Shown: piece after piece, positions 1 through 7,095 of the stretch
How positions within the stretch are numbered: the stretch's first letter is position 1
How the letters are laid out: every line of letters starts with the position of its first letter
Source: an archaeon
Lineage (GTDB): Archaea; Iainarchaeota; Iainarchaeia; Iainarchaeales; 0-14-0-20-34-12
Assembly: GCA_038046645.1 (NCBI GenBank)
Contig: JBBSVU010000016.1
Coordinates: 76,098 to 99,289, forward strand
Direction of reading: 5' to 3'
DNA length: 23,192 nt
Notes under the pieces: model-generated
The model's input: the letters and a program-made list of their open reading frames with translations, nothing else
What the model was told of the DNA's origin: nothing
Databases searched by the model: none
Program-made: the position numbers and the translations under genes

Positions 1-365
1 ACTTTTACCAATCCATTAACAGCAACCCTTTTTACATTAAAAGTAGGATCCTTGCTTAATCTTTCCAATTCACGAATCCCTTTCTTACCCAAACCAACAT
101 AAACTTTTACCAATCCATTAGCTGCAGCCTCTCTCACATCCCACTCATAATCCCTGCTCATTCTCTCCAATTCACGAATTCCCTTCTTACCCAAACCAAC
201 ATAAACTTTTACCAATCCATTAGCTGCAGCCTCTCTCACCTCCCATCTATAATCCTTGCTTAATCTTTCCAATTCACGAATTCCTTTCTCACCTAACCTA
301 ACATAAACTTTTGCCAATTCATTAGCTGCAACTTTTTTCACATCCAAATCAGGATTCCTACTCAA
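1..365 (-). repeat. 102-bp (34-codon) coding tandem repeat, at least 3.5 units
   Basis: ACCAATCCATTA recurs at 7, 109 and 211 (period 102). On the minus strand the units start at 365, 263, 161 and 59. Confidence 0.95.
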
Positions 366-659
366 TTTCGCCAATTGTTTTGTAGTGAGGTATTTTGCAA
401 GCATGGATGGCTTTGCATTAACAATAGCCTGCCTTGCAAGCTGCTTTAGTACAATATCTTCGCTTTCAATCAATGAAAATGCATACCTTAAATTAATTCG
501 TTTCTTCTGAAATCGTCTGTATTCTGTATGCATTGGTGATAATTTTTTGCTAGGCACCAGAAAGGAAACACTTCCCCGAGGTTTGCGTTTTCTCAGTTCA
601 CTGGTTGCAGCACGCCTTTGTTCTCCAAATCTTTTGGGCCTTTGCCTTGGTCTTTGCAT
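1..659 (-). CDS. HEAT-like tandem-repeat protein with Arg/Pro-rich N-terminus (3' end outside window)
   Basis: Hand translation from ATG 659 is open to the window edge: MQRPRQRPKRFGEQRR...LSRNPDLDVKKVAANELAKVYVRLGEKGIRELER LSKDYRWEVREAAANGLVKVYVGLGKKGIRELER MSRDYEWDVREAAANGLVKVYVGLGKKGIRELER LSKDPTFNVKRVAVNGLVK. The LxxD..xVRxxAAxxL pattern is the HEAT/PBS-lyase signature. TATA-like TTTTAAAC lies ~25 nt upstream. Confidence 0.88.
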   Translation of the reverse strand, partial: MQRPRQRPKRFGEQRRAATSELRKRKPRGSVSFLVPSKKLSPMHTEYRRFQKKRINLRYAFSLIESEDIVLKQLARQAIVNAKPSMLAKYLTTKQLAKLSRNPDLDVKKVAANELAKVYVRLGEKGIRELERLSKDYRWEVREAAANGLVKVYVGLGKKGIRELERMSRDYEWDVREAAANGLVKVYVGLGKKGIRELERLSKDPTFNVKRVAVNGLVK

Positions 660-722
660 ACAAAATATATAATAAGTGCTTGTTTAAAATCTATATTATT
701 TGAACTAGAGTATTGCCTTGTA

Positions 723-1370
723 TCATTTGAATGATGGTATTATCTTTGCTTCTGCCCTTCTCAAGCATTCTTGGAATGAAGAAAGGCTTATTCTTGAAAG
801 TTTTGCCAATCCTTTAAGGCCAATCTTTCTTGGGAATACATAATATCCTTCATTAAGGGCTAATTCAAATGCCTTTTCCTGTTTTTCAGTAAGCATTGGC
901 ATGACCTTTGTGACAAAAACACTTTCAAGCTTTGATTTGGTTATTTTTTTAAGCTCGAACCTGATGCTTTTCTGCTTTTTTAATTCATCAAGGTAGTCCA
1001 ACAAGGTTTCCTTTTCAAAAGACGCCATTTCCCAATGTTCATAGCCTTTTTTGTCAATAAAAACCGGCTTGATGAAGAAAATTTTCTGGTTATAAATTCT
1101 TGCAGGGATTTTCAGGCCTTTATGCCCTTCCAAAACACATACAACATTGCCTTTCCTTTCTAATTTAAAAACAGAAGGGTCTTTTCTCAAATCCCTTATG
1201 AACAGATTCACATTTTTTCTATCGCCAATCAACGCATGCTGCCCAATAACATATTCATAATTGTCTTCTGTCCATTGCGTTAAAGGAAGCGAAAAGGTTT
1301 CGCAAGAGAATTTTTCACATCTGTTTCCAATAACGCAATCATGCTTGATTTTCAGCTCCAATAGCCACAT
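723..1370 (-). CDS. HTH-10 (bacterio-opsin activator-type HTH) transcriptional regulator
   Basis: C-terminal LTEKQEKAFELALNEGYYVFPRKIGLKGLAKLSRISLSSFQECLRRAEAKI matches the archaeal HTH_10 pattern. Start moved to ATG 1370, which has a GGTG RBS at 1377-1380. Confidence 0.88.
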   Translation of the reverse strand: MWLLELKIKHDCVIGNRCEKFSCETFSLPLTQWTEDNYEYVIGQHALIGDRKNVNLFIRDLRKDPSVFKLERKGNVVCVLEGHKGLKIPARIYNQKIFFIKPVFIDKKGYEHWEMASFEKETLLDYLDELKKQKSIRFELKKITKSKLESVFVTKVMPMLTEKQEKAFELALNEGYYVFPRKIGLKGLAKLSRISLSSFQECLRRAEAKIIPSFK

Positions 1371-1393
1371 GCTTAGCACCAATCATGCTTATT

Positions 1394-1561
1394 TTAATCA
1401 AAAACCCTATCTTCTTTTTTTCTTAGAAAGTTTTCCACATCATTTTTATAATAATCTAAGGAACCACTTTTATTAAGGCCCATTGTTTGCCCATACATAA
1501 ATTCTTCAAATTCTTCCCAACGTCCTTTTCCAATTTTTGCAATAACTTGTTTTTTGTTCAT
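1394..1561 (-). CDS. 55-aa hypothetical protein (not in ORF track)
   Basis: MNKKQVIAKIGKGRWEEFEEFMYGQTMGLNKSGSLDYYKNDVENFLRKKEDRVFD*. A GGGGAG RBS lies ~8 nt upstream, and the ORF fills the gap between two co-oriented genes. Confidence 0.75.
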   Translation of the reverse strand: MNKKQVIAKIGKGRWEEFEEFMYGQTMGLNKSGSLDYYKNDVENFLRKKEDRVFD

Positions 1562-1593
1562 GCTTTAATCTCCCCATATCCATTTACCATATA

Positions 1594-2274
1594 TTATAAC
1601 CCATCCAATATTCTTTCAAGCCTTTTTTTGGTATTCTCAAACATTTTTTCTTCTATTCTGCCGTATACGCCTTCTAATGCATTTTTGAATTGTTTTTCAT
1701 TAATCTTTGCTTTTATTTCTGTTATCTTTTCTTTTGGGACTTTTATCCCTTTATTTAATTCCCCTATCTTGCCTTTATCCAATTTTATTGCAGCAAGCAT
1801 TAAAATATCCCGTATGTCTGATTTCCTCCCAGTAATGCATTTCATTAAGAAAAGCAGTTCTGGCTCTACAATCCTTGCCTTTGCTTTTATTGGGTTTGCC
1901 TTGCCGGTGATTTCCATTACTTTTGAATTTTTAAAAATTAAAGTAGCAGGAATAGAAATGCCCGTAATCCTGTCCAGAACCTCTCCAATCAGCAAATCAA
2001 AGCTTATCTTTACCTCATTTTCTTTTTTCATTCTGATGAAATTGCCTTTATAATTGCCAGTATCTCCTTTATGCTCTATGAAAAACCCTTCTTTAATTAG
2101 AAAGTCTGAAACTTTTTTCCCTGCTTTATTATCTTTTAGAACAAGGTCACAATCAATTGAGAATCTTGGCAGAGTGTATGCATTGACAGCATAACCCCCA
2201 ATAAGCGAAAATTCATTCTTTGGAAGTTTTTGCAGGATTTCCAGTATTTGTTTTTCCCTTTTCTGCAGACTCAT
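1594..2274 (-). CDS. AbiEii-like nucleotidyltransferase (putative type IV TA toxin)
   Basis: LIGGYAVNAY..RFSIDCDLV (GG...RxSxDxD Pol-beta NTase motif), LLFLMKC and RKSDIRDI. ATGA overlap with the upstream gene. Confidence 0.8.
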   Translation of the reverse strand: MSLQKREKQILEILQKLPKNEFSLIGGYAVNAYTLPRFSIDCDLVLKDNKAGKKVSDFLIKEGFFIEHKGDTGNYKGNFIRMKKENEVKISFDLLIGEVLDRITGISIPATLIFKNSKVMEITGKANPIKAKARIVEPELLFLMKCITGRKSDIRDILMLAAIKLDKGKIGELNKGIKVPKEKITEIKAKINEKQFKNALEGVYGRIEEKMFENTKKRLERILDGL

Positions 2275-2915
2275 AATGCCTCACCAACCTTTTCTAAGAT
2301 TTCTTTTGAAGCATTGGTTTTTTTATGGTATTTCTTGGCTAAGTATGCCAATACATACTCAAAAGTATCAATATTTTTTTCACAAAAATCTATGGTTTCA
2401 TTTAATTGCATAACTGGTTTCCCATTTTTCTCAGCACAAGTAATCTCTGTTTTTGGAAACAACACTGTGAATTCGCCCAAAATATTTGAAGGCCGCTTAA
2501 TGAAGAAGCTTATGCCTTCTTTCTGAAAAAACTTCTTCCAAGCCCCTAAATCTCTTTCTAAAACTTCAATAAAATATGGGCTATATTCCCAGCTTCTCTG
2601 GATATAAGTATCATCTGACCATATTTCTGCAGCGCTTGCCCCAAAATAGCAGTATTTTAATCCACTGTCCTTTAATTTTTCTTCAATCCGTGATTCAAAT
2701 ATTCCACCAACTGCTTTTTCAGGGGTAGCGCATTTGTAAATGCCTCTTCCAGCCCTTTCCAACCATTTCGCTTTGCTCAAGTTGAATAAAATCTTCTTTA
2801 TCATTTGCTTGGAAAAGAACCACTTCAAAGTGTCTATGCCAAACGGTTTCAACCCATACTTGTTGTAGAAATAAGAATATACCTCAAACTCAGTTTTAGT
2901 AATAACTGAACTCAT
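2271..2915 (-). CDS. AbiEi-like wHTH antitoxin/regulator
   Basis: N-terminal wHTH ending LFNLSKAKWLERAGRGIY, then YCYFGASAAEIW. Coupled to the NTase gene. ATG 2915 chosen because a TATA box lies ~25 nt upstream and the longer frame runs through the operator. Confidence 0.72.
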   Translation of the reverse strand: MSSVITKTEFEVYSYFYNKYGLKPFGIDTLKWFFSKQMIKKILFNLSKAKWLERAGRGIYKCATPEKAVGGIFESRIEEKLKDSGLKYCYFGASAAEIWSDDTYIQRSWEYSPYFIEVLERDLGAWKKFFQKEGISFFIKRPSNILGEFTVLFPKTEITCAEKNGKPVMQLNETIDFCEKNIDTFEYVLAYLAKKYHKKTNASKEILEKVGEAL

Positions 2916-2935
2916 ACTAATATAATCTGCCAACC

Positions 2936-2967
2936 TATTTAAAAAGGTTACCATAATGGTAACCTTT
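2936..2967 (-). promoter_or_regulatory. TATA box plus perfect 12-bp inverted repeat (putative autoregulatory operator)
   Basis: AAAGGTTACCAT-A-ATGGTAACCTTT at 2943-2967 overlaps the minus-strand TTTTTAAATA (2936-2945). Confidence 0.75.
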
Positions 2968-3102
2968 ATTTCCAACCATAAAATCAGAAGATAACGAAAT
3001 TATTTTATTCATCAGTAATAGTTAGGGTGCACATTTTTCAGAAATTAGTTTTTGTGGACGGTAACTTTAAGGGTTATTCAACAAAGTTACTATTAGGGTA
3101 AC

Positions 3103-4902
3103 CTATTCCCACTCTATGGTGGCAGGCGGCTTGTTTGTCACATCATAGAAAACAGCTGAAATGCCCTTTAATTTCATTAATCTTTTAGCAATTTTGTTCA
3201 ATATTTTTGGATCCATTCTGTAGAAATTAGCAGTCATTGCTTCAGTGCTTTCAATAGGCCTTATGACAACTGCTTCTCCCTTGCCATTTACCTTTAATGG
3301 CAATAAAATAACCGGGCACTGCCATATTTCATAATAGATTTTGTTTTTTTCAAGTTCCTCGCGGACAATTGCATCAGCATTTCTCAATAATGAAATCCTT
3401 TCTTCCGTTAATTTTCCTTCAATCAGTTCAATCGAATCAATCTTTTGCGGTTCAATAGAATATACGGCCCTGTTAATATCAAATATTTCATTTGTTAATC
3501 TTGTGCTCAGGTTTCCAAGTTTTTCCCAATCCAATTTTCCTGAAAGCAAAATTGCGTGCCTGTATGTCCTTGAATCTCCCTGAACACCTACACTCTTCAA
3601 TGGCAGTATTTTTCCTTTGTATTCCGTTCCCTTTAATTTTTTTCCGGCTACTTTTTCTGTTTTCAAAATTGCTTCTTCTAAAACACCGTTAGAACATAAT
3701 ACCCTTATTGCCAACCCCGGGCCGGGAAATGGATGTTTCCACAATATCTTTTCCGGCAAACCTAATTTTTTGCCTAATTTCCTTACCTCGTCTTTGTAAA
3801 GCATATCTAATGGTTCAATCAGATATCCTTTTTCAATCAGTTCAATTATCTGCTCTACCCGGTTATGGTGTGTTTTAATTTTGTCAGCATGTTTGGTCCT
3901 TGCGCTTTCAATTGTATCAGGATAAATAGTTCCTTGGCAAAGCAGCCATTCTTCAGGGTTCATATTCAGCATTTTCAATTTTTTATCTTTAACAATAAGG
4001 AACATTTCCCCAATCATAATCCTTTTGTCTTCAGGATTCATTATCCCGCAGAGCGCTTCCCCAAATTCTTTTTTTGCATCAATTATCTGCAATTTGCAAT
4101 AGCCTAATTTATCTAATGCTTTCTGCACTTCCTTTGCTTCATTCTTTCTCATAAATCCATGGTCTATATGGAAAGCCAATATTTTTTCAGGCCCTATGGC
4201 TTTGCTTAAAATCGCTAAGCAAACTGTGCTGTCAACCCCGCCGCTTGCCAAGACCAAAACTTTTTTATCTCCTACTTGCTTTTTAATCTCTTCAATTTTT
4301 CCATCGATGAAATTTTCCATGCTCCAGTTTCTTTTGCATTTGCAGATTTCGATGAAATTTTCAAGTATTCTCATCCCGCTTTTTGTATGCACTACCTCAG
4401 GATGGAACTGCACACCATAAATTTTCTTGCCAGAGTTCCCAATTGCAGACATTTTGCAATTTTTTGTTGAGCCTATTATTTCAAACCCTTCTGGAAGTTT
4501 GCTTACCTTATCCCCATGGCTCATCCAGACAACCTGCTTCTTACCCAACCCTTTAAACAATTCATTTTCCTTTAAAATGTTCAGTTCAGCAATGCCGTAT
4601 TCTTTCTTTTCCCCTCTTTCCACGTTTCCCTTCAACAAATATGCTAGCAATTGATGCCCATAGCATATTCCTAGCACAGGAATCCCTAATTCAAGCAGTT
4701 TTTTCTCGATTTTTGGGGCATTTTTTTCATAAACCGAATTCGGCCCGCCGCTTAAAATAATGCCTTTTGCCCCTGCAAAGTCCTTTACAGGGCTTTCAGG
4801 CAGCTTTATCTCTGAATAAACACCCAAATCCCTTATTCTTCTGGCAATCAGATTGGCATACTGCCCGCCAAAATCAACCACTATAATTTTATCGTGCAGC
4901 AT
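3103..4902 (-). CDS. guaA: GMP synthase (glutamine-hydrolysing), fused GATase + ATPPase
   Basis: VDFGGQY, LGICYGHQ, GVQFHPE, ASGGVDS, QGTIYPD, IKTHHN, HPFPGPGL and C-terminal KPPATIEWE. ATG at 4902. Confidence 0.97.
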   Translation of the reverse strand: MLHDKIIVVDFGGQYANLIARRIRDLGVYSEIKLPESPVKDFAGAKGIILSGGPNSVYEKNAPKIEKKLLELGIPVLGICYGHQLLAYLLKGNVERGEKKEYGIAELNILKENELFKGLGKKQVVWMSHGDKVSKLPEGFEIIGSTKNCKMSAIGNSGKKIYGVQFHPEVVHTKSGMRILENFIEICKCKRNWSMENFIDGKIEEIKKQVGDKKVLVLASGGVDSTVCLAILSKAIGPEKILAFHIDHGFMRKNEAKEVQKALDKLGYCKLQIIDAKKEFGEALCGIMNPEDKRIMIGEMFLIVKDKKLKMLNMNPEEWLLCQGTIYPDTIESARTKHADKIKTHHNRVEQIIELIEKGYLIEPLDMLYKDEVRKLGKKLGLPEKILWKHPFPGPGLAIRVLCSNGVLEEAILKTEKVAGKKLKGTEYKGKILPLKSVGVQGDSRTYRHAILLSGKLDWEKLGNLSTRLTNEIFDINRAVYSIEPQKIDSIELIEGKLTEERISLLRNADAIVREELEKNKIYYEIWQCPVILLPLKVNGKGEAVVIRPIESTEAMTANFYRMDPKILNKIAKRLMKLKGISAVFYDVTNKPPATIEWE

Positions 4903-5150
4903 ATAATATACTTGCAACGTAGGCTATTTTAAGCAAATTGCTGTATCCTAAAAATTGCCATTTTGCTAATTTTATTATTGGATAAAATTAGAATTTTTAA
5001 AAAACCAAAACCCTTTTTCCCTTTAGGTAAAACCCGCGGTTTTACAACAGTCAAAAATCTAAAAGATTTTTTCCTTTTCCAAATTCTTTTTATAAAAAAT
5101 TATGTCTGCTCAGGAAATATATTTAAACCCAATTGATGATTAATAATATT

Positions 5151-5215
5151 GTGTGTTGGGAGTGGAGGGATAAGTTATACTGCTGAGCAGTTCCCTGACT
5201 TGTCCCTCAAAACAT
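5151..5215 (+). ncRNA. Candidate small structured ncRNA, family not recognised
   Basis: 13-bp stem GAGGGATAAGTTA(5165-5177)/TGACTTGTCCCTC(5196-5208) with two G-U pairs, inner stem ACTGC/GCAGT and outer GTGTT/AACAT. BRE+TATA (CAGGAAA TATATTTAAA, 5111-5127) upstream, T-tract at 5223-5228. Confidence 0.5.
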
Positions 5216-5344
5216 TTACTGATTTTTTGATTTAATTCCCGTCTTAATTACAGGTTTCTTTTTTAGGTCAATTTTTCAGCCGGAGAATGTCGGCAAAAGC
5301 CTTTTATATTCTCAGAACACAAGTACTATACGAGAGGGAATTTT

Positions 5345-5545
5345 ATGGAGGTTGTAGAAGCTAGCATCTCTGGTGGCTGTGACGGTCCTTTTGCTTATCA
5401 TGGTGGAGATTCGGATGAACCATATACACGAGGCCCTTTTGGGTCAGGAATTACCCTAACTATTATCATAAAAGCAGACGGTACAGACGAGGGCAAGGTT
5501 CGCAGATTAAGGGATGAAATCTTGAAATTAGTTCACCATATTTGA
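5345..5545 (+). CDS. 66-aa hypothetical protein
   Basis: ATG with a GAGGG RBS, TTTTATAT box at ~5302-5309, and a GCAAAAAG/CTTTTTGC hairpin just after the stop. No recognised motif. Confidence 0.5.
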   Translation: MEVVEASISGGCDGPFAYHGGDSDEPYTRGPFGSGITLTIIIKADGTDEGKVRRLRDEILKLVHHI

Positions 5546-5654
5546 ATATTGCAAAAAGGCTTTCTTTTTGCCTGCTTTTTTAAGACATATCCACAGATTT
5601 TTAGGTTGTAGTACTGTTTTAATAAGTTTGCGAGCATTTGTTTTTTTGAGTAGT

Positions 5655-5901
5655 GGTGGGATGGCGGAGCCCGGTTAAACGCGCCAGCCTTGAGCCGCCC
5701 TTTTTCTTTTCTTTGCTAAAGAAAAGAAAACCAAATAAAACTAAAGTTTTATTGGTCCCATAAAATTCCATAAGAATTTTATGAGGAAGTGTAGGTTGCC
5801 CAAAAAGAAAAGAAATAATATTTAAGAATACTTAAGGCAATCTTTTGTGCATGTGAGCTGGTTCTCGCAAGAGAGCACGAGTTCAAATCTCGTTCCCACC
5901 G
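5655..5901 (+). tRNA. tRNA-Ser(TGA), interrupted at 37/38 (exons 5655-5694 and 5856-5901)
   Basis: Acceptor GGTGGGA/TCCCACC plus discriminator G. Anticodon stem CCAGC/GCTGG with loop CT-TGA-G|A. Long variable arm TTCTCGCAAGAGAG. T arm ACGAG-TTCAAAT-CTCGT. TATA TTTTAATA at 5617-5624. No encoded CCA. Confidence 0.93.
5695..5855 (+). other. 161-nt tRNA intervening sequence with relaxed BHB motif
   Basis: Central helix CTTG(5689-5692)/CATG(5850-5853) pairs at 3 of 4 positions. 3-nt bulges AG|C and TG|A. Outer helix CGC/GTG. Four internal hairpins. Confidence 0.85.
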
Positions 5902-5908
5902 TTCCATC

Positions 5909-5943
5909 TTTTTTCTTTCTCTTTGCGAAAGAGAAAGAAAAAA
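5909..5943 (+). terminator. Perfect 16-bp pyrimidine/purine hairpin after tRNA-Ser (T-tract terminator or palindromic repeat)
   Basis: TTTTTTCTTTCTCTTT-GCG-AAAGAGAAAGAAAAAA, starting 7 nt after the discriminator base. Confidence 0.6.
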
Positions 5944-6060
5944 ATATAGGTTACAATTAAAATCCAAAAACGGATTTTAATGTACACTAAAACCAAAAGG
6001 TTTTAGTTGTATCAAAAAAGAAAGAGAAACTTTCGGAAGAAAAATAAAAAGGGGTTTAGC

Positions 6061-6615
6061 ATGAAGAATATTTTAGTTGTTTTTTTGTTTGTTTTAATAA
6101 TTTTATTTTCTGGTTGTATTTACCTAAATACACCTAATACTAATATTAAAAATTTGCAGGATATTAATGGAGGCAAAAACGTGTTGTCTGAAATTATTGA
6201 AAATGGAGATACTGTAAAGGTTGAGTATAAGGCATTTGTTGATAATGATGATATGGTTGATTCATCCGAAACCGCTGGCAAACCATTAGAATTTAAGGTA
6301 GGGGCAGGGCAAATGATAAAAGGATTTGATTCTGCTGTTTTAGGCCATAGATTGGGTGATGAATTTGAGGTAACAGTTTCTCCTGACAAAGCTTACGGTA
6401 ATAAGGACCCTAAATTGATAATGGAAATCCCAAAAGCTAACTTGCAGGGGGCAGATCAGGCGCAGAAAGGCATGACCTTGCTTTCTTCAGACAAAAAACT
6501 CTCAGGCATTGTTGTTGAAGTAAAAGAGTCCACAATTAAAGTAGATTTTAACCATCCTTTGGCAGGAAAAACAATGAAATTCTGGATTAAAATTGTTGGC
6601 CTGGAGAAAAAATAA
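6061..6615 (+). CDS. FKBP-type peptidyl-prolyl isomerase (SlyD-like) with lipoprotein-like signal peptide
   Basis: GDTVKVEY, PLEFKVGAGQMIKGFD, PDKAYG and VDFNHPLAGKTMKF. N-terminus MKNILVVFLFVLIILFSGC. ATG 6061 has an AGGGG RBS. Confidence 0.92.
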   Translation: MKNILVVFLFVLIILFSGCIYLNTPNTNIKNLQDINGGKNVLSEIIENGDTVKVEYKAFVDNDDMVDSSETAGKPLEFKVGAGQMIKGFDSAVLGHRLGDEFEVTVSPDKAYGNKDPKLIMEIPKANLQGADQAQKGMTLLSSDKKLSGIVVEVKESTIKVDFNHPLAGKTMKFWIKIVGLEKK

Positions 6616-6673
6616 AATCTAGCAAAAACTGAGGGGAAAATAAAATTTGCAAAATATTTTTTGTGGTGAAAAA

Positions 6674-7087
6674 ATGGAAGACTGCATTTTCTGCAAGATT
6701 GTTGAAGGGAAAATCCCTTCGGCAAAGGTTTTTGAGGATTCAAAAATTTTGGCTTTTTTGGATATTAACCCAATAAACAAAGGTCATATTCTGGTTATTC
6801 CAAAAAAACATTCAGAGAACATTTTTGACATTGCTGAAGATGATTTGAATGAAGTGATGCTTGCGGCAAAAAAGATTTCAAGTGCTTTGAAAAAAGCCAC
6901 AAAATGCACAGGCATTAACCTGATGCAAGGCAACGGAAAATCAGCTTCACAGGTAATAATGCATTTCCACATGCATATTGTCCCTAGATTTGACAATGAC
7001 AACCTTAGTTTCCATTGGGATTCAAAGAAATATGCTGAAAATGAGCTTGCTATTTACTCAGAAATGATTAAAAAAGAATTAAAATAA
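6674..7087 (+). CDS. HIT family hydrolase
   Basis: MEDCIFCKI, FLDINP..GHILVIPKKH and histidine triad HFHMHIV. GGTGA RBS before ATG 6674. Confidence 0.95.
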   Translation: MEDCIFCKIVEGKIPSAKVFEDSKILAFLDINPINKGHILVIPKKHSENIFDIAEDDLNEVMLAAKKISSALKKATKCTGINLMQGNGKSASQVIMHFHMHIVPRFDNDNLSFHWDSKKYAENELAIYSEMIKKELK

Positions 7088-7095
7088 CCGTTCAG

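Noticed and set aside
1..365. CRISPR array
   Set aside because: The period is 102 bp (34 codons) inside an open frame, with no unique spacers and no cas genes.
1487..2053. 188-aa plus-strand ORF, and the other antisense ORFs over guaA, the leu genes, purL, the AlkD-like gene and tnpB
   Set aside because: These are shadow frames of well-supported genes on the opposite strand, with no motifs of their own.
5151..5215. SRP RNA or purine riboswitch for guaA
   Set aside because: It lacks the SRP helix-8 GNRA motif and the purine aptamer junction, and it folds best on the strand pointing away from guaA.
5695..5855. C/D guide RNA or homing endonuclease inside the tRNA spacer
   Set aside because: Only a C-like ATGAGGA is present, with no CTGA D box and no plausible ORF.
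5655..5901. tRNA-Sec or opal suppressor
   Set aside because: The anticodon is TGA (reads UCA, Ser), not TCA, and the stems are the standard 7/5.
5779..5967. 62-aa minus-strand ORF
   Set aside because: It is antisense to the tRNA-Ser 3' exon and its hairpins.
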